Numbered from the stretch's first letter, positions 19,823 through 29,414 are shown. The stretch is 64,000 nucleotides of DNA from Myxococcales bacterium (GCA_047601445.1 JASGJH010000001.1:6240001-6304000), one strand, 5' to 3'. Notes: a model not told the origin generated them from the sequence alone. Numbers and translations are program-made.

Positions 19823-20760
19823 TGGGTCAATGTGGACTCGTAACGCTGCGGCTCGCGTGGCAAGCGAGTGCGGAGGGCATTCGGCGCGTGGAGGCTGCGA
19901 TGGCGAGGCCCTCCGGGCGGGACCCGGCCTCCCACGGGGTTGCCTTTTCGGCCGTCGAACTGCGCACGGACGAAGGGCTCATGCTCTCGGCCTGGTGGGT
20001 TCCGGGACCGAGCTCCTCGGCGACCCTGGATCTCGTGGCGGTGGTGCACCCCTTCCACAGCGGGCACAAGTCCGACGTGCTGCCGTGGGTGAAGCTCCTG
20101 CACGAACTGGGACTCGGTGTGGTCGCGATCGATGGCCGGGGGCACGGTGACTCCGACCCGGTGCCCGCTGGCACCAAGGATAGCCTCGCCGCACGCGCGC
20201 ACGACGTCGCAGCGGCCTGCAACGAGGCCCGCAGGAGGGGAGCGCGGCGCCTGCTGCTGGTCGGGCAATCCCAGGGAGGTGGGGTTCCCGTGTTGGTGGA
20301 GGCTTCACGTCGAGGCGACGTGGCGGCGGTGGTCGTGGAGTCCGGCCCGGGGACGACCATGCTCGATGCCAGCCTTGGACTCGCCAAGTTCGCGTTGGCT
20401 GGCACGCGATCGAAGCCGTCGCGACTCGCGTTGATGATGTGTTGCGCACGGATCCTCCATCGCGGGCGTCCGATCGTGGATACGTGGGCACAATGGCGAT
20501 CGCTCGTGAGACTGAGGTCCCGACCCTTGTTGTGGATTCATGGCGAGCGCGATGCGGTCGTCCCCCTGGCTTCCGCTGCCCGCTGGTTCGGAGCGCTGGG
20601 CAAGCGCGGCGGACAGTGGCATGCGGTCATCATTCCGCGCGGTCGACACGCCGCATGCGTTCCCATGGGCACGGAACAAGTCCGGTTAGCGTTGAGAGAA
20701 CTCAACCCTTGGGGGGCTGCGTCGGATCCTGCAAGCGTGCTTCATGTGCCGAGACCTTGA
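19819..20760 (+). CDS. Alpha/beta hydrolase
   Basis: DGRGHGDS, GQSQG nucleophile elbow, IHGERD and GRH; start overlaps the upstream stop. Confidence 0.85.
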   Translation: MMGQCGLVTLRLAWQASAEGIRRVEAAMARPSGRDPASHGVAFSAVELRTDEGLMLSAWWVPGPSSSATLDLVAVVHPFHSGHKSDVLPWVKLLHELGLGVVAIDGRGHGDSDPVPAGTKDSLAARAHDVAAACNEARRRGARRLLLVGQSQGGGVPVLVEASRRGDVAAVVVESGPGTTMLDASLGLAKFALAGTRSKPSRLALMMCCARILHRGRPIVDTWAQWRSLVRLRSRPLLWIHGERDAVVPLASAARWFGALGKRGGQWHAVIIPRGRHAACVPMGTEQVRLALRELNPWGAASDPASVLHVPRP

Positions 20761-20804
20761 GCTGACGCCCTGATCGGTTCACGCTGGCTGCCCAGGAGGC
20801 AACC

Positions 20805-21275
20805 ATGAACCCCGCACCGAACGGCTGGCCGCGCATCGCATCCTCATTGTTCTACGATGACCCGCGCAAGGCCATCGAATGGCTGTGCCGCGCGTTTGGC
20901 TTCGAGGTCCGCCTGCTCGTCGAGTCGAGCGAAGGCGGCGTCGTGCACAGCGAGCTCGTCTACGGAGACGGCGTGATCATGGTCGGAGACGCCAGCAAGC
21001 GTCCCCACTACCGCAGCCCGCGCGCGGCGAACGGCAACACGCAGTCGCTGATGGTCTGCGTGGACGACGTCGATGCACACTGTGAGCACGCGCGAGAGCA
21101 CGGCGCCAAGATCTTCATGGAGCCGACCACCAGCGACCACGGGCCCGACTACTGGACCGATCGCAGCTACGGTGCGGTGGACCTGGAAGGGCATCACTTC
21201 TGGTTCGTACAGCGACTCAGGACCGGGAATCAGGACTGGAGCAAGGTACGAAACAAGATCGAGCGTCACGGTTAG
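20805..21275 (+). CDS. VOC/glyoxalase family protein
   Basis: AIEWLCRAFGF, HSEL, VDDVDAH and DLEGHHF; AGGAGG RBS. Confidence 0.9.
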   Translation: MNPAPNGWPRIASSLFYDDPRKAIEWLCRAFGFEVRLLVESSEGGVVHSELVYGDGVIMVGDASKRPHYRSPRAANGNTQSLMVCVDDVDAHCEHAREHGAKIFMEPTTSDHGPDYWTDRSYGAVDLEGHHFWFVQRLRTGNQDWSKVRNKIERHG

Positions 21276-21407
21276 AAGAGACGTCTCGCGGATTCCCGGG
21301 ACCCGGGACGCACCTGCTAGTCGGCAAGAACGTCCCGGCCCCGCATGGGCGCCTCACTCGTGGAATGCGGGCACACCGTGAGCGAAGGTCCCGCCGATCG
21401 AGCTTCG

Positions 21408-21686
21408 CTAATACACGCCGCGTGAGCTGCCGCCGCCTCGATGGATCAGGCGTAGCAACAAAAGCAGCACGATGGAGCCAATGAAGGCCACGAAGATGGT
21501 GCCCGCCAAGCCTCCGAAAGGACTGCCCACGCTGAGTGCCCGGAACAAGAAGCTGCCCAGGAACGCGCCGACTACACCCACGATGATGTCGCCGACGAGT
21601 CCGTAACCGCCGCCCACCAGGGCGGATGCGAGCCAGCCAGCGATCAATCCGATGACCGCCCACAGCAATATGGTTTCCAGCGTCAT
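21408..21686 (-). CDS. GlsB/YeaQ/YmgE family stress-response membrane protein
   Basis: IGLIAGWLA...IIVGVVGAFLG...AFIGSIVLL. Confidence 0.92.
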   Translation of the reverse strand: MTLETILLWAVIGLIAGWLASALVGGGYGLVGDIIVGVVGAFLGSFLFRALSVGSPFGGLAGTIFVAFIGSIVLLLLLRLIHRGGGSSRGVY

Positions 21687-21709
21687 GGTTTCACCTCGCG
21701 GCTAGTCGA

Positions 21710-21726
21710 AGCATCGCTCGTGCCAG
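21710..21726 (-). promoter_or_regulatory. Sigma54-type -24/-12 promoter
   Basis: Minus strand CTGGCACG-AGCG-ATGCT with canonical GG-N10-GC spacing, upstream of the GlsB/YeaQ gene. Confidence 0.6.
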
Positions 21727-21784
21727 CACTGGAGCGCTGGAGAATTACAGCGAGCGGCAGGTCCCATGTCTCGCCCTCTGAACG

Positions 21785-23272
21785 CTAGCGCGTCGCCATC
21801 ACATCTTGGCCGGAGGTCGTCTCGCGTGGAAGGCGCACGGTGAATACCGTCTCGTCCGCGTCACTGCGAGCGGCGATGCTGCCGCCATGTGCAAAGGCGA
21901 TGCGTTCCGAGATGTAGAGGCCGAGGCCCAAGCCTTCCTCGGAGGTGCGCGCCGTGGGCCCGGCTCCGCGTCGGAAGGGTTCGAACAGCGTGCCCATCAG
22001 TGCCTCGGGGATGGGCGGGCCCTGATTGTGCACGCTCAACACCACCTGGTCGGCTGCCTCGCCCGAGAGCCGCACCACCACCGGGCTTTCGGGGGCGCCG
22101 TGCGTGAGCGCGTTGTTCACCAGGTTGCCGATCAGCTGACCGAGTCGGTCGCCGTCCCAGGTTCCCATGAGGTCGCCTTGCCCACGCAGCTGCAGGCTGC
22201 GCTCGGGGCGCGCGGCGCGAAACTCCTCGAGCAGGGTCGTGCACAGTTCGCCCAGGTCGAGCGGGGTGGGCGCCAGCACGAGGCCGCCTCCGGCGCGCAT
22301 GCGGGTGAAGTCCAGCACCTGCTTGATCAGCGCGCTCATGCGTTGGGCCGCGCGCACGATGCGCCGCGCGCTGCGCATGCCCACTTCGGGCATGTCGTCC
22401 CGCAGCATCATGGCTTGCGCGCTCATGGTGATGGACGACAGTGGCGTACGCAGGTCGTGGGCGAGCACACCCATGAAGAGATCGCGTAGCTCGGCTTCGC
22501 GCTCCAGTTGCTCCGCGGCGCGCTTCTGCTGGCTGATGTCGGACAGCACCGCGCCAAGTGCGATGGTCTCGTCGGCGATCACGATGGGATAGAAGCTCAC
22601 CAGAAAGCTGCGCACCACCTCGGGCACCGCGCGCGTCCGGATCGACGCCTCCATGTTCACCAAGGGTTGGCCCGATTGCCACACGTCGCCGATGGCGGCC
22701 TCGATTTCCTCGGGCAGCTCGGGCAACACGTCGCGGACGCGCCGGCCGAGGTGAGCCTCCACGGGCATCCCGTTGAGTCGGGCCAAGGTCTCGTTCACGC
22801 GCACGTAGCGCGACTCGCGGTCGAGCACTGCGAAGCCCACGGGGGAACCGCTCAGGAAGGTGTCGAGCAGCGCCAACGACGCGTCGCGATCGTGCTCCGT
22901 CTGCTTACGGCTCGTAATGTCGCTCGAGATGCCACCCAAGCCGTACACGTTTCCGCGCGCATCGCGCAGGGGAAACTTCACGGACCAATACACGCGGGGC
23001 CCCCCGCGGCTCGGGACGGTCTCCTCGCAATCGACGGGTCGACCGGTCTGCATCACCTCCCGATCGACCTTACAGAGCAGGTCTGCGACCTGAGGTTCGA
23101 ACAGGTCGTAGTCGGTCTTGCCGAGGGCATTCACGCCGAACAGGTCGAAGAAGTGCGCGTTGAAGAACAGGTAGCGCCCCTCCCGATCCTTGGCATAGAC
23201 AGCGGCCGAGGTGTGATCCAGGCAGCCGCGCAGAAATTCCTTGGTGATCTGGTCGTCTTGATCGAACTCCAT
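21785..23272 (-). CDS. PAS-PAS sensor histidine kinase
   Basis: Two PAS domains, AHDLRTPL H-box, NLVNNA N-box, GLGLGL G-box. Confidence 0.93.
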   Translation of the reverse strand: MEFDQDDQITKEFLRGCLDHTSAAVYAKDREGRYLFFNAHFFDLFGVNALGKTDYDLFEPQVADLLCKVDREVMQTGRPVDCEETVPSRGGPRVYWSVKFPLRDARGNVYGLGGISSDITSRKQTEHDRDASLALLDTFLSGSPVGFAVLDRESRYVRVNETLARLNGMPVEAHLGRRVRDVLPELPEEIEAAIGDVWQSGQPLVNMEASIRTRAVPEVVRSFLVSFYPIVIADETIALGAVLSDISQQKRAAEQLEREAELRDLFMGVLAHDLRTPLSSITMSAQAMMLRDDMPEVGMRSARRIVRAAQRMSALIKQVLDFTRMRAGGGLVLAPTPLDLGELCTTLLEEFRAARPERSLQLRGQGDLMGTWDGDRLGQLIGNLVNNALTHGAPESPVVVRLSGEAADQVVLSVHNQGPPIPEALMGTLFEPFRRGAGPTARTSEEGLGLGLYISERIAFAHGGSIAARSDADETVFTVRLPRETTSGQDVMATR

Positions 23273-23334
23273 CGTCCCTTTCCTGTGGCTGTGGTTTCGA
23301 TCGATGTATGCGCCTCGCCAAGGTTCGCTAGTGT

Positions 23335-23351
23335 TCGGCATGGCCCATGCA
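23335..23351 (+). promoter_or_regulatory. Possible sigma54 -24/-12 promoter
   Basis: TCGGCATG-GCCC-ATGCA with GG at 23337 and GC at 23349, just upstream of ATG 23365. Confidence 0.45.
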
Positions 23352-23364
23352 TCATCACTGCTTC

Positions 23365-23928
23365 ATGGTCAGCACCGCGAAGAAGGCTCCGACGAAGAAG
23401 CGATCGAACGTCCGTGGATCCACGGCAAAAAGCGCAGCGAGTAAGGCGGCAGCCAGCAAACGCGCGCCGTCCCATGCGCGCAAGAAGCGCTCAACCGTCG
23501 CAGAATCGTCCGCGCGTACGCGCCAACCTGCTGCGCGCAAGGCCGCGAGCTCACGCAGCGCCTCACCGGCTCGACGTAGTCCGAGGCTCACCAAGCTGAG
23601 TCGAGACTCGCGCGGGGGCCTTACCGCCCAGGGGCGTGCCGCCTATCGCAAGAGCGAGGGCTCGCACCTGAAGCCGGGCGTGACGAAGCCCGAGCGAGAG
23701 ATGAGCAGCACCGAGATGCGTCGCAAGGGCAGCTGGGCGAGGCGCTTCTATGGACGCGCGAAGTTGCCGGCCCTCACCGACGAGAAGGGCAGACCCACGC
23801 GCTTCGCGCTGACCGCACGTGCCTGGGGAGAGGCCGTGCCGAGGACGATGCGCGCTGCGCGGGCCATCGCCGCGAAGGGCAAGCGACTGCTCGAGAAGGT
23901 TCGCGGGCGCAAGGCTCGAGCGCGCTGA
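23365..23928 (+). CDS. Basic histone-H1-like N-terminus fused to a DUF6321-like domain
   Basis: K/R/S/A-rich N-half; GGLTAQGRAAY...LKPGV...RRKGSWARRF. Confidence 0.65.
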   Translation: MVSTAKKAPTKKRSNVRGSTAKSAASKAAASKRAPSHARKKRSTVAESSARTRQPAARKAASSRSASPARRSPRLTKLSRDSRGGLTAQGRAAYRKSEGSHLKPGVTKPEREMSSTEMRRKGSWARRFYGRAKLPALTDEKGRPTRFALTARAWGEAVPRTMRAARAIAAKGKRLLEKVRGRKARAR

Positions 23929-23940
23929 GTCCAGCGAGAC

Positions 23941-25056
23941 TCAGGGAGCGTTCAGCCAGAGCGGTGGACCCAGGATCCAACCGACCAACCAGTCCTGCAG
24001 CACGGTCTTGGCCTGTGCGCTCTGGGTACCCGGACTCGCGAGCATGACGTGACTCGTCCCGTTCGCGATGAAGAAGCGCGTGTCCGCGTGACCGTAAGAT
24101 TGCGTGAGTAGCTCCGAGATCTTCGTTTGCTCGCTGGGGCCGTCGAAGCCGAAGAAGAGTCCGATCACGGCGTCCTGTTGGTAGGCGAGTAAGCCGATGC
24201 GTCCATGGCGGTCGTCTTCCGCGATGGCATCGATGACGCCGCCGAAGCGCTCCGTGCAGTCACCGCAGGTGTCGGGCAGCTGCAGGTTCCAGGCGCTCTG
24301 CCAGGTGCTCCAGAGTCCACCCGCGGGGGTCAGAAGCGGAGCGCTGTCCGCCAGCATGTGCACTTGGGCCTCGGGGAAGGCGCGCTCCACCTTCTGCAAG
24401 TTCAAGGTGGCCCCGTAGCCACCGGCCGAACTCCCGAGCAGCCAGACGGTCTTCGGCGCCTGCACACCCTGACGAAGCCGTGCCAGGATCGCGTCTATGT
24501 TGAGCCCGCCCACGTGGTGCACGCTCTTCGAGCCGTACGCGCGCGAGACCGTTCCCGCGTGCAGATCGCCCGTGCAATAGGGCACCAGGATCTGCGTTCC
24601 GAGCGAGACGGGGTTATTGGGGTCGCGCTTGGTGGCGGGCTGCTTGCTCGCGAAATCGCTGTCGAACAGCGCAGCGTCGTAGGTATCCTCGATGTGCACG
24701 GCGGACTTGCGTACGAAGCAGGTGTCCTGGTCCCAGCAAGCGCCGCCTCCTTCCAGCATGATCACCAGGTTGTCCGTGTCGCTGGAGCGGTTCACGCCGA
24801 CCCCGGTGGCCGTGCCGTTGGCGCAGGTCGCACCCGCGATGGGCAAGAACGTCCACTGGTCGAGCGGGGTGTCGAGCGGGTCGAATTCGGGCATGTCCGC
24901 GTCGGCGCCGTCGGCGTCGTGACCGGCTGCGCCATCTGCGTGCGGCGAAGCATCGTGGGTGTCACCCGCGTCGAGTTCGCTCGCCTCCGCTGCGGGATCC
25001 GACGAGCTGCACGCGGCGACCGAAGCAAGGCCGACCAACCAGGGAAGAAAGCGCAT
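23941..25056 (-). CDS. Pectinacetylesterase-family lipoprotein
   Basis: VAAC lipobox; CANGT, LEGGGACW, VPYCTGDLHAG, GSSAGG and ADS. Confidence 0.88.
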   Translation of the reverse strand: MRFLPWLVGLASVAACSSSDPAAEASELDAGDTHDASPHADGAAGHDADGADADMPEFDPLDTPLDQWTFLPIAGATCANGTATGVGVNRSSDTDNLVIMLEGGGACWDQDTCFVRKSAVHIEDTYDAALFDSDFASKQPATKRDPNNPVSLGTQILVPYCTGDLHAGTVSRAYGSKSVHHVGGLNIDAILARLRQGVQAPKTVWLLGSSAGGYGATLNLQKVERAFPEAQVHMLADSAPLLTPAGGLWSTWQSAWNLQLPDTCGDCTERFGGVIDAIAEDDRHGRIGLLAYQQDAVIGLFFGFDGPSEQTKISELLTQSYGHADTRFFIANGTSHVMLASPGTQSAQAKTVLQDWLVGWILGPPLWLNAP

Positions 25057-25088
25057 CCGCTCTCCATAGCCCGCCGCGCCGCGCCGAA

Positions 25089-25931
25089 TCAATCGTGTTC
25101 GGTGCCGGTTGGCCTGGCTCGAGCGTCCGGAAGCGTGGCCACCAAGAGCGCTGCATACGGATGCGGCGTGCCGGCAACGCGCTCGGGCGTGAGGAGCGCG
25201 GAGATTTCTCCATCCAGATAGAGAGCGTCCTGACAATGAAGCACGTCGAGGAAGAGCTTGGCCGAGGTGGCGAAGGACACGGGCGCCTGCGAGAGGGCGA
25301 AGAACACGTGTCCCGCTGCATCGACGCCCACGGCGCTGCGCACGCGCAAGCTGGTGCCGGGTTCGCTGAAACTCGGGTGCATCACGCCATGATCGAGCAG
25401 CAACGGCCCCGACTGCGTCGCCAGCTCCAGCTTGCCCTGCGCAGCGAAGCGTTTCGTCGCGGCCACGTGCGCGCCCTGCGCGTCGACCCAGAACACGCCG
25501 TTGGGCTTCAGGAAAAAGTTCCCGCTGCCCTCCGCGGTGGACAACGCATGGAGTTCCTCGCCGTCTTCGACGTGCAGGCCCACGGGTACGCGTCCGGGAT
25601 CGAAGATACCCGCGTTGGTGGCCACCACGAGTCGCTCCGGGCGCCCCAGCAAGTACTCGCTCAACTCCTCGAAGGTCTGGGGTTCGCCGGGGCGCTGCCC
25701 TAGCAGCCCGAGCTTCACTTCCCGCAGATCGAGCTCGGCCACCCACCACTCGGCCCCTTCGTGGGTGACCTCGCGCACACGGGAGGGCTGCACGCGCACG
25801 GGCTCGGTGCGCGGCGGCGTGGGGCGCGTGGGATGGCGGGGCGGCTCAGTGCGATCGCAGGCGCAGCACAGGGTCAACCCGATCAGACAGGCGAGGCGTA
25901 AGGACCTTCGCAGAGGGATCCCCTCGGGCAT
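25089..25931 (-). CDS. Phosphodiester glycosidase (NAGPA/YigE-like) family protein
   Basis: NAGIF, GNFFLKPNGVF, ATQSGPLL, RSAVG and ALYLDG. Confidence 0.88.
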   Translation of the reverse strand: MPEGIPLRRSLRLACLIGLTLCCACDRTEPPRHPTRPTPPRTEPVRVQPSRVREVTHEGAEWWVAELDLREVKLGLLGQRPGEPQTFEELSEYLLGRPERLVVATNAGIFDPGRVPVGLHVEDGEELHALSTAEGSGNFFLKPNGVFWVDAQGAHVAATKRFAAQGKLELATQSGPLLLDHGVMHPSFSEPGTSLRVRSAVGVDAAGHVFFALSQAPVSFATSAKLFLDVLHCQDALYLDGEISALLTPERVAGTPHPYAALLVATLPDARARPTGTEHD

Positions 25932-25975
25932 TCGATGATGACGCGCGAAGCGCTCGAACGATCTGAGGCCCGCCC

Positions 25976-26575
25976 TCAGGCCGGGCGCTTGGCCAGCAGG
26001 CTCGCCTTTACGATGCGCAGGAGCTCCCCGAGATAGCGGTCGCTCACGTCTTCCCGCTTGCCCGGCAGGGCATGGGTGACCACGGGCAGGGCGGCGATGC
26101 CGCTCACGGCCAGCGTGACCACGTGGACGATATAGGCCTCGGGGTCCACGTCCTTGGGCACGTAGCCGGCTTCCTGGCTCTTGCGGATGTAGTCGGCGAT
26201 CAGCGTGACCCAGGGCGTGAGGGTCTGGGAGAGGCGGTTCCGCATCTGCTCGGGCCGATCCATCAGCTCGCGCACCACCAGGCGGGCCCGGTCGGGGTCC
26301 TCGCTGAAGAAGCGCACCAGCTCCACCGTGATGGCATCGAAGCGGCCCTTGCCGCTGGTCACGGCCTCGAGCAGGCGCGGCAGGCTCTCCGTCCAGTGGT
26401 CGAAGAGCTTGTCGAGCACCCCGCGCAGGAGGTCGTTCTTGGAGGGAAAGTGATGGAGAAGCGAGGGCTTCTTCACGCCGACCTCGTCCGCAATCTCCTG
26501 CAGCGAGGTGGAATCGAATCCATGGCGGGCGAAGCGCCGGGTGGCGACGGCCAGAATTTGCGCGCGGACGTCCAC
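25976..26575 (-). CDS. TetR/AcrR family transcriptional regulator
   Basis: ILAVATRRFARHGFDSTSLQEIADEVGVKKPSLLHHFPSK HTH. Confidence 0.95.
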   Translation of the reverse strand: MDVRAQILAVATRRFARHGFDSTSLQEIADEVGVKKPSLLHHFPSKNDLLRGVLDKLFDHWTESLPRLLEAVTSGKGRFDAITVELVRFFSEDPDRARLVVRELMDRPEQMRNRLSQTLTPWVTLIADYIRKSQEAGYVPKDVDPEAYIVHVVTLAVSGIAALPVVTHALPGKREDVSDRYLGELLRIVKASLLAKRPA

Positions 26576-26578
26576 GGT

Positions 26579-26618
26579 GACTACCGAGCGGTTTGTACTA
26601 GACTACCAAACGGTAGTC
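26579..26618. promoter_or_regulatory. Operator pair 1 (CTACC-N4-GGTAG), probable TetR sites
   Basis: Perfect GACTACC-AAAC-GGTAGTC at 26601-26618 and CTACC-GAGC-GGTTT at 26581, 22 bp apart. Confidence 0.7.
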
Positions 26619-26736
26619 CACCACGCGTTGGCGGAGGCCGCCATTTTTTCCCGCGAAAACTGTATTCCAGGGGACGTACGCTGCGTTGACCCCGAAATGG
26701 CAACGGAAAAAGCGGGCCCTGCAACTTGCACGTTCT

Positions 26737-26772
26737 CTACCGTATGGCAGTTAGTCAGCAACCGTGCGGTAG
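26737..26772. promoter_or_regulatory. Operator pair 2 (CTACC-N4-GGTAG), probable TetR sites
   Basis: CTACC-GTAT-GGCAG at 26737 and CAACC-GTGC-GGTAG at 26759, again 22 bp apart, next to a TTGCAC -35-like hexamer at 26726. Confidence 0.65.
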
Positions 26773-26877
26773 GGCGAGGCCTTGCCTTCCGCAGGGTCTG
26801 CTAGATCCGGACGGCTCGGTGTGAGCGTCAACGTCCGAAGCACGCGGGTGTCGCGTGCGACCCAAGAGGAGCACAGC

Positions 26878-27783
26878 ATGTCGGTCTCCAATCGCTACCT
26901 GCTCGAGCACGGTTCCACCCTCGGCGCCATCGGTCGCGTCGCGCTCACCACCATCGAGCAGCAGGTCTTCAAGAAGATCCCCACCGCGGCCCCCAAGGTC
27001 CCCGGTCCCACGCTCACGGCCACCTATCCGGCCCGCAGCGCCGATCTCATCCGCGACTACGTGAAGCACGTGGGCGGCGACCCCGCGGCCTACAAGAACA
27101 CGTTGCCCCCCCACATGTGGCCCCAGTGGGGCTTCGGCCTGGGCGGCAAGGTGCTCGATGGCGTGCCGTATCCGATCTCCAAGGTGCTCAACGGCGGCTG
27201 CAACATGCAGATCAACGCGCCGATCCCTGCCAACGAGCCCCTCATCATCACGGCCCGTCTCGAGAACATCGACGACGACGGCAGCCGCGCCGTGCTGCAG
27301 CAGCGCGTGATCACCTCCACCAAGAGCGTGAAGGAAGCGCTGATCGCCGACATGTTCGCGATCGTCCCGCTCAAGAAGAAGGGCGGCGAGGGCGCACCCA
27401 AGGACAAGAAGCCCAAGGAGAGCCCGCGCGTCCCGGACGACGCCAAGGAGATCGCCTACTGGGAGATCGGCGCCAAGGCGGGGCTCGACTTCGCCAAGCT
27501 CACCGGGGACTTCAACCCCATCCACTGGATCCCGGCGGCCGCCAAGGCTTCGGGCTTCCCGAACTGCATCTTGCACGGCTTCGGCACCATGGCGCGCGCC
27601 GTGGAAGGCGTGAATCGCGGCGTGTTCTCGGGCGATGTCACGCGCATGAAGAAGTGGAACTGCAAGTTCACGCGTCCCCTCGTGCTGCCGGGCAAGGCCG
27701 GGTTGTACGTGAAGGGCAATGAAGTGTTCGTGGGCGTGGCGCCTGGTGGCCCCGCGTTCCTGGTTGGTTCGTTCGAAGGTTGA
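26878..27783 (+). CDS. MaoC-family (double hot-dog) acyl dehydratase
   Basis: FAKLTGDFNPIHW and ILHGF hydratase-2 motif; GAGGAG RBS. Confidence 0.9.
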   Translation: MSVSNRYLLEHGSTLGAIGRVALTTIEQQVFKKIPTAAPKVPGPTLTATYPARSADLIRDYVKHVGGDPAAYKNTLPPHMWPQWGFGLGGKVLDGVPYPISKVLNGGCNMQINAPIPANEPLIITARLENIDDDGSRAVLQQRVITSTKSVKEALIADMFAIVPLKKKGGEGAPKDKKPKESPRVPDDAKEIAYWEIGAKAGLDFAKLTGDFNPIHWIPAAAKASGFPNCILHGFGTMARAVEGVNRGVFSGDVTRMKKWNCKFTRPLVLPGKAGLYVKGNEVFVGVAPGGPAFLVGSFEG

Positions 27784-27860
27784 TCTAAACCAGGGGCCGA
27801 AGACGTTTCGTCCTCGATTTTTTGCGGCACATCGCCGGGTTAATTGCGTGGGAGAAGGTC

Positions 27861-29288
27861 ATGTCTGATTTCCTGCTCGAGCTGTCTCAGAATCCAACCG
27901 CCAAGAAGCTGATCGCAGCCGCAGGCCTTCCGTTGCCGCTGCCTGTGCCGCTCGACCGCCCCAAGGCGCCGCGCAGCGAGCAGCTCCTGAAGGACCGCGT
28001 GGTGATGGTCGGTGGCGAAGGTGAGCTCACCGACGCTATCGCGACCACGCTCGTGAAGGCGGGCGCCAGCTCCTACGTGGTGGGCGACAAGCTCTACAAG
28101 GCGTTCGCGGGTCCCGGTGAGGCCTTCGGCCGTCGCCCCCTGCGCATCGAGGCCGAGGAAGTGCCCGAAGGTCTCAAGGCCAAGGGCCTGGTGTTCGACG
28201 CCTCCGGTCTGCGTACGCCTGCCGACCTCAAGCGCGTGTACGAGTTCTTCAAGCCGCGCATGCGCTCCATCGACAAGTCGGGCCGCGCTCTCGTGATCGC
28301 CCGTCCCGTCGACGACGCCAAGACGCCCGAAGAGGCCGCCACGCGCGCTGCCCTCGACGGCTTCGTGCGCTCGCTCGGTAAGGAAATCGGCAAGTTCGGC
28401 GCCACCGCCAACATCGTCTACGTGCAGGAGGGCGCCGAGGAGCGTCTCGCCCACGTGATGCGCTTCTTCCTGTCTTCGGCCTCGGCGTTCGTCACGGGCC
28501 AGCCCGTGCGCGTCACCAAGACCGCCAAGGGAAGCGCCGGCGACGCCTACACGCGTCCGCTCAATGGCAAGGTCGTGATGGTCACCGGTGCCGCGCGCGG
28601 CATCGGTGAGGCCACGGCCGAGATCCTGGCGGCCGAAGGCGCCCACGTGGTGGTGCTCGACCGTCCTGCCGACGACGGCCCTGCCAGCGAAGTGGCGCGC
28701 CGCATCGGTGGCTCGCTCCTGCTGGTCGACGTCTCGGACGCCGAGGCGCCCAAGAAGATCGCCAGCTTCTTCAAGGAGAAGTTCGGCGGCGTCGACGTGG
28801 TGATCCACAACGCCGGCATCACGCGCGACAAGATGCTCGCCAACATGAAGCCCGAAGTCTGGGACATGACCATCGACATCAACCTCAGCGCGGTGGCCCG
28901 CATCAACGAGGCCCTGCTCAACGGTGTGCTGCGTGACGGCGGCCGCATCATCTGCCTGTCGTCCATCGCGGGCATCGCGGGCAACAACGGTCAGACGAAC
29001 TACTCCGCCTCCAAGGGCGGTATCGTGGGCTACGTGAAGAACCTGGCCACCAAGGTGGCGGATCGCGGCATCACCGTGAACGCCATCGCGCCCGGCTTCA
29101 TCGAGACCCGCATGACCGCGGCGATTCCGGTCGCCATCCGCGAGGTCGCGCGTCGCCTCTCCTCGCTCGCGCAGGGCGGTCAGCCCACCGACGTGGGCCA
29201 GGCCCTGACGTTCCTCAGCACCCCCGGCGCGCAGGGCGTGACGGGACAGGTACTCCGCGTCTGCGGCGGCGCCTTCATCGGCGCCTGA
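27861..29288 (+). CDS. fabG: High-molecular-weight 3-oxoacyl-ACP/CoA reductase (FabG4-like)
   Basis: N-terminal extra domain; TGAARGIG, HNAGITRD, YSASK and APGFIET. Confidence 0.9.
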   Translation: MSDFLLELSQNPTAKKLIAAAGLPLPLPVPLDRPKAPRSEQLLKDRVVMVGGEGELTDAIATTLVKAGASSYVVGDKLYKAFAGPGEAFGRRPLRIEAEEVPEGLKAKGLVFDASGLRTPADLKRVYEFFKPRMRSIDKSGRALVIARPVDDAKTPEEAATRAALDGFVRSLGKEIGKFGATANIVYVQEGAEERLAHVMRFFLSSASAFVTGQPVRVTKTAKGSAGDAYTRPLNGKVVMVTGAARGIGEATAEILAAEGAHVVVLDRPADDGPASEVARRIGGSLLLVDVSDAEAPKKIASFFKEKFGGVDVVIHNAGITRDKMLANMKPEVWDMTIDINLSAVARINEALLNGVLRDGGRIICLSSIAGIAGNNGQTNYSASKGGIVGYVKNLATKVADRGITVNAIAPGFIETRMTAAIPVAIREVARRLSSLAQGGQPTDVGQALTFLSTPGAQGVTGQVLRVCGGAFIGA

Positions 29289-29289
29289 C

Positions 29290-29414
29290 GGCGAGCGCCG
29301 CTGGCGGGCCGATTCGCGGCTTACGTCCTCGGTCCCTCCCTGCGACGTACAGGAGTACGCCTCAGTCGGGCCCTGCGGGCGCGCTCGCGACTCGACCCAC
29401 CATCGGCACTCGCC
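29290..29414. repeat. Long imperfect palindrome (REP-like stem-loop element)
   Basis: GGCGAGCGCCG...CGGCACTCGCC outer arms, a further ~18 bp of imperfect stem and a central CGTAC-AGGA-GTACG. Confidence 0.65.
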
